From contig CP147778.1 of assembly GCA_037305845.1 (NCBI GenBank), forward strand, positions 3,456,001 through 3,520,000: 64,000 bases of DNA, in the 5' to 3' direction. Under the pieces are notes generated by a model that was not told the origin of the DNA, did not search any database, and was given only the letters and a program-made list of their open reading frames with translations. This document shows positions 46,821-57,300 of this stretch, one piece after another. Source of the stretch: Candidatus Freyarchaeum deiterrae (GTDB lineage Archaea; Asgardarchaeota; Jordiarchaeia; Jordiarchaeales; Jordiarchaeaceae). The first letter of the stretch is position 1, and every line of letters begins with the position of its first letter. The position numbers and the translations under genes were made by a program.

Positions 46821-49427
46821 GTGAAAACTATGAAAAGCATCAGGCGAAATAAGAAAGCACTAAAGATAACAGCAGTCTTAGCAGCAGTTCTACTCACGGC
46901 AACAATCGTCACAGCGGTTACAGCAATCCAGAACCGGAACACTGTCCCGCTCATCAACTTATACCTGCAGGGCGTCTCGCCAAGTCCTAGCAACGCCATA
47001 ATTCAACCAAAGACTATTCCCATGAGTGGTTACAACATATTGAACGGAAGCGTCTACTATGATAGTATAACTGTGACTGCGAACAACACAGTGATAGACG
47101 GAAACGGATCCACCGTGCAGGGCTCCGGAACTGGGTACGGCTTCTACTTAAATGGAGTAAGCAACGTAACCATCTATAACGTCGCAGTTACAGGGTGGGA
47201 CTACGGCTTCTACCTATCCTCCAGCTCAAACAACAATCTTTCTGGTAACACCGCAAACAACAACGCCAACTACTACGGCTTCTACCTGTACAGTAGCTCG
47301 AACAACAATACTCTCTCGAGTAACACAGCAAACAGCAACTGGGTCGGCTTCGTCCTAGACTCCAGCTCCAACAATACTCTCTTGGGTAACACAGCACACT
47401 TCAATACTGCGGCCGGCTTCGCCCTAGGCCCCAGCTCGAACAACAATACTCTCTCGGGTAACACAGCCACAGATAGCTTAGACGTATATAGCGAAGGCTT
47501 CGGCCTAGGTTCCAGCTCGTACAATAATCTTTCGGGTAATACAGCAGAACACAACACGCGCGGCTTCTACCTGTACGGCGGCTCAAACAACAATCTTTCG
47601 GGTAACACGGCAAACGAGAACATTGGCTACCGTGATGACAGCGGCCATAATACGCCCGGCGTCGGCTTCTTTCTAACTAGTACCTTGAGCAATATTCTTT
47701 CAGGTAACACCGCTTACGACAGCCAATGGGCCGGCTTCTGGCTAACCTCTGGCTCGAACTACAATAATCTTTCGGGTAACAACGCAAATAACTGGCCCTT
47801 TACCCCCGCCGTCTACGGTTTCGAGGTAACCTCCGGCGAAACCTACCTAGTGCCCAGCTCTTACAATACTCTTTCGGGTAACACCGCAAACAACAACCAA
47901 ATGGGCTTCTACCTATACGACGGCTCGGGCAACAATAATCCGGGCAATAATCTTTCGGGTAACAACGCCACAAACAACAACAACAATGGCTTCCTCCTAG
48001 AAGGCAGCTCGAATAATAATCTTACAAATAACACCGCAAACAACAACGGCGGTAACGGCTTCGTGCTATACTCCACCGTTGACCCGGCTCACCATTGGTG
48101 GCTCAGATCCAACAACAATATTCTTTCGGGCAACACCGCAAACAACAACAACGAAGGCTTCTACGTGTACCAAAGCTTGAACAACACTCTTTTGGGTAAC
48201 AAGGCAAACAACAACAGGCATACAGGCTTCCACCTGTACGGCGGCTCAAACAACAACAATCTTTCGGGTAACAACGCTACGAACAACAACAATTACGGCT
48301 TCTATTTGGAAACTAATTCGTTTGGTAACAACCTTCCGGGTAACATCGCTTTAAACTGTACGACTGGAGGATACAACTGGAGTGGTGACTGTATCAATAA
48401 TAATTTTACGGGTAGCGTGGAGGCGTACTATCTGCGTGTGAACGTCACCGATGTTCTGGGCTCTCCTATTTCCGGCGTGGACGTTAACGTGGTGACCGAT
48501 GGAACAAGTGTGTATCGCTCGTCACACTTTGGTGGTACTGACCCCCCAACCGGCTCTAATGGTGTCACCTCCTGGATCGCGGTCGCCTACAGGACATTCA
48601 TAACAAGCGATACCATGACTGAGAACACCACCAATGCTACCGTGTACTATCAGGGTCGTCCCATCTCAGGAAGCAACCCTAGGACAGTCAACATGTCCAC
48701 ATCACAAGTGGAAACCTTCATCGTGGACACCACCCCACTCACAGTGAACATCACCTCACCCACCAATGGTACGCTGTTTAACACCGGCAGTGTTACAGCC
48801 ACTTGGACTGTTAGCGTCCCCTCGATAGTAGATCACTACGAGGTCAGAATTGAAGGAGGCAACTGGAACAACATGGGAACTAGCACCAGCAACACTTTCA
48901 GCGGTTTGTTCGACGGTTCTCACACGGTTGATGTTATGGTCTTCGACCTTGCGGGTAACAACGCTAACGCCTCAGTGTTCTTCACCGTGGACACCACCCC
49001 ACCTACGGTGAGCATTACCTCGCCCACCAATGATACGCTGTTTAACACTAGCGGTGTTACGGTCACTTGGACTGGTAGCGACGCCCTCTCGGGCATAGCT
49101 TATTTTGAGGTTAGTACTGATGGGGTTAACTGGAGCAATGTAACTACGAGTTTCAGCTATAATTTCACCGGTCTCTCAGACGGCTCTCACACCGTTGATG
49201 TTAGGGCTTGGGACCTTGCGGGTAACAACGCTAACGCTTCTGTATCCTTCACCGTGGCTTCCGTGCAACCAGGACAATCTCAGGCTATGCTTCTGGCTCT
49301 CTTGTCGTTGGCTGGAACGCTGGGAGGAGGCACCAGTCCTCTGGTTTACGCTGCCATCATTGGTGTCGTGGGCGTGGGTGTAGTGGCTGCTGGTTTGATC
49401 TACTACTTCCGAAAAGTGAACGCTTAA
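46821..49427 (+). CDS. Surface protein: right-handed beta-helix (NosD/CASH) repeats, 2 Ig-like domains, C-terminal TM anchor
   Basis: Signal peptide, GFYL-x-SS-x-NN-x-LSGNTANNN repeats, DTTPP...DLAGN domains, TM followed by YYFRKVNA. Confidence 0.9.
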   Translation: MKTMKSIRRNKKALKITAVLAAVLLTATIVTAVTAIQNRNTVPLINLYLQGVSPSPSNAIIQPKTIPMSGYNILNGSVYYDSITVTANNTVIDGNGSTVQGSGTGYGFYLNGVSNVTIYNVAVTGWDYGFYLSSSSNNNLSGNTANNNANYYGFYLYSSSNNNTLSSNTANSNWVGFVLDSSSNNTLLGNTAHFNTAAGFALGPSSNNNTLSGNTATDSLDVYSEGFGLGSSSYNNLSGNTAEHNTRGFYLYGGSNNNLSGNTANENIGYRDDSGHNTPGVGFFLTSTLSNILSGNTAYDSQWAGFWLTSGSNYNNLSGNNANNWPFTPAVYGFEVTSGETYLVPSSYNTLSGNTANNNQMGFYLYDGSGNNNPGNNLSGNNATNNNNNGFLLEGSSNNNLTNNTANNNGGNGFVLYSTVDPAHHWWLRSNNNILSGNTANNNNEGFYVYQSLNNTLLGNKANNNRHTGFHLYGGSNNNNLSGNNATNNNNYGFYLETNSFGNNLPGNIALNCTTGGYNWSGDCINNNFTGSVEAYYLRVNVTDVLGSPISGVDVNVVTDGTSVYRSSHFGGTDPPTGSNGVTSWIAVAYRTFITSDTMTENTTNATVYYQGRPISGSNPRTVNMSTSQVETFIVDTTPLTVNITSPTNGTLFNTGSVTATWTVSVPSIVDHYEVRIEGGNWNNMGTSTSNTFSGLFDGSHTVDVMVFDLAGNNANASVFFTVDTTPPTVSITSPTNDTLFNTSGVTVTWTGSDALSGIAYFEVSTDGVNWSNVTTSFSYNFTGLSDGSHTVDVRAWDLAGNNANASVSFTVASVQPGQSQAMLLALLSLAGTLGGGTSPLVYAAIIGVVGVGVVAAGLIYYFRKVNA

Positions 49428-49495
49428 AATGGGGGCTGGAGGGCTTTCGGCCGATTGTTCGGGGGTCTTGCCTCGGCTCCTCCTTTTTTTGTTTT
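49428..49495 (+). terminator. Conserved 3' hairpin plus T-tract, copy 1
   Basis: Stem around loop CCGATTGT followed by TTTTTTGTTTT; repeated after all three beta-helix genes. Confidence 0.6.
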
Positions 49496-49521
49496 AAGTA
49501 TTATTTCTTCCCTCATATACT

Positions 49522-49897
49522 AGGTTGGAACGGTGAAAACACCGGCAATCCTCCTCAAACACAAATTTTATTAGAACAGTCAAAAATATATAAAAAACAT
49601 AATAAAAATATAACACAATTTTATATTTATATCTTAAAAAGGGTCGTTGAACGACAAACAACCGTTGTTGAAACCAACGGAACGGACGAGGAGAGAGAGA
49701 GAGCAGGAATAAAAAACCGAAACAGACACTCCCCACTCTTTCTCAGGTTCACAGACGAGAAGCAGAAGAAAAAGGGAAGAGGGAAACAAGGTCTCCAAAA
49801 CATACTAACTAACTAACTAATAGTAGTAGTAGTGGAGCCTTGCCCTACGTAGAAACTTAACTGTTTCTACATAAAAAACTAATCAAATGAAAATTGA
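49522..49897 (+). promoter_or_regulatory. Conserved promoter and structured 5' leader, copy 2
   Basis: Direct repeat of 46477-46820. Confidence 0.65.
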
Positions 49898-52800
49898 GTG
49901 AAAACTATGAAAAGCATCAGGGAAAATAAGAAAGCACTAAAGATAGCAGCAGTTCTAGCAGCAATTCTCCTAACAGCAACAATCATCACAGCGGTTACAG
50001 CAGTCCAGAACCAGAACCGGAACACTATCCCGCTCATCAACGCGTACCTGATGGGCTTCTCCCCAAGCCCTAACAACGCCATCATTCTACCAAAGATGGA
50101 CGTAAATAGTAGCATCACGTTAAGCGGAGGCGTCTACACCGAACAGATAAATGTGGTAGCGAGCAACATAGTGATAGACGGAAACGGATCCACCGTGCAG
50201 GGCTTCCAACACGATTCTGGCATCATCCTAAATGGCGTAAACCACGTAACCATCTATAATGTCGAAGTCACAGGGTGGTACAGAGGCTTCGAACTAGAGT
50301 CCAGCTCTTACATTACTCTTTCGGATAACACCGCAACCGACAACTACTTTGGCTTCTACCTAGGCTCCAGCTCAAACAATACTCTTTCGGATAACACCGC
50401 ATACAATAACAACAACATAATCGGCTTCTACCTAGACTCCAGCTCGAACAATATCCTTTCGGGTAACACTGCAAACAACAATCAATTTCACGGCTTCGTC
50501 CTGTGGAATAGCCCGTACAATACTCTTTCTAGTAACACGGCAACCAACTGCGGCGCGAGCGGCTTTGTCTTGACCGGAAGCTCTTACAATATTCTTTCGG
50601 GTAACACCGCAACAAACAATCAATTTGACGGCTTCTGCCTATCCTCCAGCTCGAACAATAATACTCTTTCGGGTAACACAGCAAACAACAACGACTGGGG
50701 AGCCAGCTACAACTCCGCTGGCTTCTTACTATCCTCCAGCTCGAACAATAATACTCTTTCGGGTAACATCGCATACAATAACTGCTACTACAGCTTCTGG
50801 CTATCCTCTAGCTCTTACAATACTCTTTCAGGTAACACCGCAAACAACAACACCAACGGCGAAGGCTTCTACCTAGGCTCCAGCTCTTACAATAATCTTA
50901 CGGGTAACAATGCAAACAACAACCTCAACGGCGGCTTCATCCTAGACAGCAGCTCGTCGTACAATAATCTTTCGGGTAACATGGCAAACAACAACTACTA
51001 CGGCTTCCAACTAGGCTCCAGCTCAAACTATATTATTTCTGGCAACACCGCAAACAACAACAACATAGGCTTCTACCTGTATAATAGCGCAAACAACAAT
51101 AATCTTACGGGTAACAACGCAACCAGCAACACACAATACGGCTTCTACCTAGACACCAGCTCTAACAATACTCTTTCAGGTAACACTGCAAACAACAACG
51201 GCCACTGCGGCTTCTTCCTATCCTCCGGCTCGACCAATACTCTTTCTGATAACACAGCAAACAACAACAGCTACTACGGCTTCTGGCTAGCCTCTAGCTC
51301 GACCAATACTCTTTCTGATAACACAGCAAACAACAACAGCTACTACGGTTTTTCCCTAGATTTCAGCTCGACCAATACTCTTTCTGATAACACAGCAAAC
51401 AACAACGGCTACGACGGCTTCTTCCTATCCTCCGGCTCGACCAATATTCTTTCTGATAACACAGCAAACAACAACAGCCACTACGGCTTCTACCTAGACT
51501 CCAGCTCAGACAATAATCTTTTGGGTAATAGCGCAAACAACAACGGCTACGACGGCTTCTTCCTAACTTCCAGCTCGGGCAGCAACACTCTTTTTAATAA
51601 CACAGCAAACAGCAACAACGATGGGTTCTACATATATTCCGGCTCCAATAATATTACAAATAACACCGCAAACAACAACTACTGGGACGGCTTCCTCCTA
51701 GCCCAAGGCTCGTATAGTAATCTTTCTGATAACACTGCAAGCAACAACGGCATCGCAGGCTTCTGCCTAGCCTCCAGCTCGAACAATATTACAAATAACA
51801 CCGCAAACAACAACCACTACGGCTTCGATCTAGCCAGCAGTTCAACCTACAATACTCTTTCTGGTAACACGGCAAACAACAACACCGACTCCGGTTTCTA
51901 CATAACCGACAGTTCAACCTACAATACTCTTTCTGGTAACACGGCAAACAACAACACCGACTCCGGTTTCTACCTATCCACGAACAACAATAATCTTTCG
52001 GGCAATAATAATGCAACCAACAACAACTACGGGTTCAACTTAAAGTCCAGCTGGTACAATATTCTTTCTGGCAACACCGCAAACAACAACGCTGAGCACG
52101 GTTTCGGCTTATCCAACAGCTCTTACAATAATCTTTCCGGCAACACAGCAAACAACAACCTTCTGGGCTTCTACCTACACTACAGCTCTTACAATAATCT
52201 TTCCGGCAACACAGCAAACAACAACAGCATAAGCTTCTACTTAGACTCCAACTCCAATAATAATACTCTTTCTGGTAACACGGCAAGCAACAACACCGAC
52301 TCCGGTTTCTACATAGATCCTTCGTATAACAATGTTCTTTCGGGTAACACTATAGTGGGGTGTGGATTATTTGTGTCCGGTTCTCTTTCATCCTTAGAGT
52401 CGAATACTATTGATCAGAGTAACACTGTGAATGGAGAGACCCTCTACTACTACGTGGATGAGAGTGGTCTTTCTCCGGCAGATTTCGTAAACGCTGGTCA
52501 GGTGATACTGGTCAATTGCGCCAATTCATGGATTTCCGGACTAAACATTTCTAACACCAACGCAGGAATCCAGTTATACTACTCCAGCAACATTACAATA
52601 TCGGAGAATAACATCTCCTTTAACCAGTATGGCATTTACCTGAGTAATTCGAACAACAACATAATTTCAAACAACACAGTAACAAATAGCACCAATTATG
52701 GCTTCTGGCTCGTTTCTTCGAGCTATAATACTCTTACAAGCAACACCGCAAACAACAACAACTATGACAGCTTTAGCTTCTTCCTAAACTCCAGCTCGAA

Positions 52801-53881
52801 CAATAATATTCTTTCTGGCAACACCGCAAACAACAACCTCGGCTTTGGCTTCTTCCTAAACTCCAGCTCGAACAATAATATTCTTTCTGGCAACACCGCA
52901 AACAACAACCTCGGCTTTGGCTTCTTCCTAAACTCCAGCTCGAACAATAATATTCTTGATAACACTGCAAACGACACTGTATGCGGCTTCGTCCTACAAT
53001 CCAGCTCAAACAACAATACTCTAACGGGTAACAATGCAACCAACAACCCCTGGGACGGTTTCCAACTAAGATCCAGCTCATACAATAATCTTTCTAGCAA
53101 CACCGCAAACAACAACGACGAAGGCTTCGAAATATGCGAATACTCGAACAATAATATTCTCTCTGGCAACACCGCAAACAACAACGAAGGCGCCGGCTTC
53201 TACCTATTTATTAACTCGAACAATAATCTTTCTGGCAACATTGCTGCAAATGATCATGTATACGGCTTCCATTTGCAATATTCTTCAGGTAATATCCTCC
53301 GAGGTAACATTGCTTTAAACTGTTCACGTTTTGAAGCTGCATACGCTTGGTCAGATTCTGATTCTCCTAATAATGATTTTACGGGCAGTGTGGAGGAGAA
53401 CTATCTGTGGGTGAACGTCACTGATTCCGGGGGTCAGCCTCTGTCCGAGGCTCAGGTGCTAGTGGTTTCCAACGGAACGACGGTGATTTACGCTACGCCT
53501 TATTTCGGTGGATCAGACTCCCCAACGGGCAATGATGGTTTAACCCTGTGGTTTGCAGTCCCCTACAGGACATTTATAACAAACGAGTTTAGGACTGTGA
53601 ACAATGACACTGTTACCGTGTGGTATTCCACTCCTTCGGAGATAGCTAGTTTTCAGTTGAATCCAAGGACAGTTGACATGTCTACTTCACACCAAGAAAA
53701 CTTCACCTTGGGTTCTTGGCAACCAACACAATCTCTCATAATGCTCTCCGCTCTTCTGCTGTCGTCGGCTGGAACGCAGGGAGGCACCAGCCCGCTGGTT
53801 TACGCTGCTATCATTGGTGTCGTGGGCGTGGTGGTAGTGGCTGCTGGTTTGTTCTACTACTTCCGCAGAGTGAACACTTAA
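49898..53881 (+). CDS. Surface protein: extended NosD/CASH beta-helix with C-terminal TM anchor
   Basis: Dozens of 22-24-aa PbH1 repeats, NTVNG...YYY...AGQVILVNC insert, TM followed by YYFRRVNT. Confidence 0.9.
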   Translation: MKTMKSIRENKKALKIAAVLAAILLTATIITAVTAVQNQNRNTIPLINAYLMGFSPSPNNAIILPKMDVNSSITLSGGVYTEQINVVASNIVIDGNGSTVQGFQHDSGIILNGVNHVTIYNVEVTGWYRGFELESSSYITLSDNTATDNYFGFYLGSSSNNTLSDNTAYNNNNIIGFYLDSSSNNILSGNTANNNQFHGFVLWNSPYNTLSSNTATNCGASGFVLTGSSYNILSGNTATNNQFDGFCLSSSSNNNTLSGNTANNNDWGASYNSAGFLLSSSSNNNTLSGNIAYNNCYYSFWLSSSSYNTLSGNTANNNTNGEGFYLGSSSYNNLTGNNANNNLNGGFILDSSSSYNNLSGNMANNNYYGFQLGSSSNYIISGNTANNNNIGFYLYNSANNNNLTGNNATSNTQYGFYLDTSSNNTLSGNTANNNGHCGFFLSSGSTNTLSDNTANNNSYYGFWLASSSTNTLSDNTANNNSYYGFSLDFSSTNTLSDNTANNNGYDGFFLSSGSTNILSDNTANNNSHYGFYLDSSSDNNLLGNSANNNGYDGFFLTSSSGSNTLFNNTANSNNDGFYIYSGSNNITNNTANNNYWDGFLLAQGSYSNLSDNTASNNGIAGFCLASSSNNITNNTANNNHYGFDLASSSTYNTLSGNTANNNTDSGFYITDSSTYNTLSGNTANNNTDSGFYLSTNNNNLSGNNNATNNNYGFNLKSSWYNILSGNTANNNAEHGFGLSNSSYNNLSGNTANNNLLGFYLHYSSYNNLSGNTANNNSISFYLDSNSNNNTLSGNTASNNTDSGFYIDPSYNNVLSGNTIVGCGLFVSGSLSSLESNTIDQSNTVNGETLYYYVDESGLSPADFVNAGQVILVNCANSWISGLNISNTNAGIQLYYSSNITISENNISFNQYGIYLSNSNNNIISNNTVTNSTNYGFWLVSSSYNTLTSNTANNNNYDSFSFFLNSSSNNNILSGNTANNNLGFGFFLNSSSNNNILSGNTANNNLGFGFFLNSSSNNNILDNTANDTVCGFVLQSSSNNNTLTGNNATNNPWDGFQLRSSSYNNLSSNTANNNDEGFEICEYSNNNILSGNTANNNEGAGFYLFINSNNNLSGNIAANDHVYGFHLQYSSGNILRGNIALNCSRFEAAYAWSDSDSPNNDFTGSVEENYLWVNVTDSGGQPLSEAQVLVVSNGTTVIYATPYFGGSDSPTGNDGLTLWFAVPYRTFITNEFRTVNNDTVTVWYSTPSEIASFQLNPRTVDMSTSHQENFTLGSWQPTQSLIMLSALLLSSAGTQGGTSPLVYAAIIGVVGVVVVAAGLFYYFRRVNT
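52776..52957 (+). repeat. Exact in-frame 72-bp tandem repeat (2.5 copies)
   Basis: gcttcttcctaaactccagctcgaacaataatattctt starts at 52776, 52848 and 52920. Confidence 0.9.
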
Positions 53882-53950
53882 AAATAGGGGCTGGGGCCCT
53901 CGGCTGATTGTTCGGGGGTCTTGCTTCGGCTCCTTCTCTTTTTTTGTTTT
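53882..53950 (+). terminator. Conserved 3' hairpin plus T-tract, copy 2
   Basis: Loop CTGATTGT, same layout as 49428-49495. Confidence 0.6.
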
Positions 53951-53977
53951 AAGTATTATTCTTTCTCCTATGTACTC

Positions 53978-54329
53978 GGTTGGAACGGTGAAAACACCAG
54001 AAATCCTCCTCCAACACAAAATTTATTAGAACAGCAGAAAATATATGAAAAATATACTAAAAATATAACACTATTGTATATTTATATCTTAAAAAGGGCG
54101 TTGAACGACAAACAACCGTTACCGAAACCAACGGAACGGAACGAAGGAGAGGTAGGAGGAATAAAAACTGAAACAGACACTCCCTCCTTCTCAAATTCAC
54201 AGACTAGAAGCAGAAAAAAAGGGAAGAGGGAAACAAGGACTCCAAAACATACTAAAATAAAATTGGAGCCTTGCCCTACGCAGAAACTTAACTGTTTCTA
54301 CATAAAAAAATAATCAAATGAAAATATGA
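53978..54329 (+). promoter_or_regulatory. Conserved promoter and structured 5' leader, copy 3
   Basis: Direct repeat of copies 1 and 2 with a shortened loop and altered but still pairing stem. Confidence 0.65.
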
Positions 54330-57300
54330 GTGAAAACTATGAAAATCATAAGAGGAAACAAGAAAGTATTAAAGATAGCAGCAGTCCTAGCAGCAGTCCT
54401 CCTCACAGCAACAATCATCACAGCGGCTACAGCAATCCAAAACCAGAACCAAAACACTATCCCGCTCATCAACGCGTACCTGATGGGCTTCTCCCCAAGC
54501 CCTAACAACGCCATCATTCTACCAAAGATGGACGTAAATAGTAACATCACGTTAAACGGGGGCGTCTACACCGAAACGATAAATGTTCTGGCGAGCAACA
54601 TAGTGATAGACGGAAACGGGTCCACAGTGCAGGGCTTTTACCCATTTGGATTTGGCTTCAACTTAAACGGCAGAAGCTACGTAACCATTTATAACGTCAC
54701 GGTCACAGGGTGGGACTGCGGCTTCTACCTATACAACAGCTTTAATAACAATCTCACAAATAACAACGCGAACAGCACCAGTACCGGCTTCTACCTGCAA
54801 AGCAGCTCAAACAATATTCTTTCTGGTAACACGGCAAACAACAACGGATACGGCTTCTACCTAGACTCCAGCTCTTACAACAATCTCACAAATAACACCG
54901 CAAACAACAACACCTACGATGGCTTCTACCTAGGGGGCAGCTCGAACAACAATATTCTTTCGGGTAACAACGCAAACAACAACAACTACTACGGCTTCTA
55001 CCTGGGTGGTTCCAATAACAACTTTATTTACCAGAACGATTTTGAAAATAACACTTATAATGCGGTTTCTGATAGCTCAACCAATTTCTGGAACTCCCCA
55101 AGTGAAATTACCTACGTCTACAACGACAAAATTTGCACAAGCTACCTCGGCAACTACTGGAGTGACTACACGGGAAGCGACACCAACGGGGATGATATCG
55201 GAGACACACCCTACATCATCACGGGTGGAGCTCAGGACAATTATCCGCTGATGCAACCCTTTCAGAATTACCTCATTCCCATCTACGTGTGGAATGACTA
55301 CACCTTCACAGGAGACCTCGTCAATCAACCAGTAATTGTGAATGGGTCAAACATAGTGATAAACGGAAACGGCTACACCATACAAGGACCCGGAGTTGGA
55401 GTCGGTTGCGGCTTCAACTTAAATGGCGTGACCAACGTAACCATAGAAAACATCACAGTCACAGGGTGGCAATACGGCTTCTACCTAGACTCCAGCTCGA
55501 ATAATACTCTTACGGGTAACACCGCAAACAACAACACCAACACCGGCTTCTACCTGTCCTACAGCTCGTACAACAATCTCTCGAGTAACACCGCGAACAA
55601 CAACTACTACTACGGCTTCTACCTGGACCATAGCTCGTACAATACTCTCTCGGGTAACACCGCGAACAACGTCACCCTATACGTCGGCTTCTTCCTGTAC
55701 TATAGCTCGTACAATACTCTTTCGGGTAACACCGCAGACAGCAACACCTACTACGGCTTCTACCTATACGGTAGCTCTTACAATACTCTTTCGGGTAACA
55801 CCGCAAACTACAACTACTACGGATTCTACCTAGACGGTATCTCGAACAACAATACTCTTTCGGGTAACATCGCGAACAGCAACAACTACCGCGGCTTCTA
55901 CCTATGGTGGAGCTCGTATAATACTCTTTCGGGTAACACCGCAGACAGCAACACCTACTATGGCTTTGACTTATACATCAGCTCGAACAACGATCTCTCG
56001 GGTAACACCGCAAACTACAATTACTACGGCTTCCGCCTAGACTCCATCTCGGACAATAATAATCTTTCTAATAACACTGCGGACAACAACCCCGGCGTCG
56101 GTTTCTACCTGTATTCTTCGAACTATAATAACCTCTCAGGCAACACCGCGTACGGCAACGGCGACGGCTTCTACCTAGACCGCGGCTCGAGCAGCAACAA
56201 TCTTTCTAATAACACTGCAACTAACAATAATTACGGTTTCGCACTATGCGATAGCTCAAACAATAATAATCTTTCGGGTAACACGGCAGACAGCAACACT
56301 TATGAGAACGGCATCTACGGCGACGGCTTCTGCCTGAACTCTAGCTCGTATAATATTCTTTCTGATAACACCGCAAACAAAAACGGCTTTGGCTTCCACC
56401 TAAACCCCGGCTCTAACTACAATACTCTTTCGGATAACAACGCAACCAACAACTGGCAAGCTGGCTTCTGGCTATACTCCAGCTCAAACAACAATCTTTC
56501 GGGAAACATAGCCACAAACAACCACCAAGGCTTCACCCTAGCAGATAGCTCGAACAACATTCTCTTGGGCAACACCGCGAACAAAAACAGTATAGGCTTC
56601 TATCTGGCCAGCTCTTACAATACTCTTTCGGGTAACACCGCAAACAACAACGACCAAGGCTTCTATATAATCTACGGCTCTTACAATACTCTTTCGGGTA
56701 ACACCGCAAACAACAACGATGTCGCCGGGTACTACCCATGGTCCAGCGACGGTTTCTTCCTATGGTACAGCCCGTACAACAATCTTTCGAACAACACTGC
56801 AAACTACAACAAATGCGGCTTCTACCTAGCCTACAGCTCTTACAACACTCTTTCGGGAAACACTGCAACCAACAACACTTACCACGGCTTCTACCTAGAC
56901 TACAGCTCGGACAACAATATTCTTTCTGGCAACACTGCTCTAAACTGTAATACGGGATACTATTGGTCTTCCGACAGTAGTAATAATGATTTTACGGGCA
57001 GTGTTTGGGCCAACTACCTGTGTGTGAACATCACAGACCCTCTGGGGCTTCCTATTCCTGGCGCAGAGATTAACGTTGAAACCGACGGAACACCGGTATA
57101 CGCTACACCCCATTTTGGAGGTTTAAACGATACAACCGATTCGAATGGTTTAACCCCATGGATCATTGTCACCTACGAGACTGGTACAGGAATAGACCAG
57201 ATGACTTTGAACACCACCAACGTCACCGTGTACTACGCACAGTTGCCCTTCTCAAACAATTCAAGAACGGTTAGCATGTCTGCGTCACATGTAGAAACAT

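Noticed and set aside
47188-56950. Cys-rich ORFs overlapping the surface genes, mostly antisense
   Set aside because: Shadow frames of AAC/AGC repeats.
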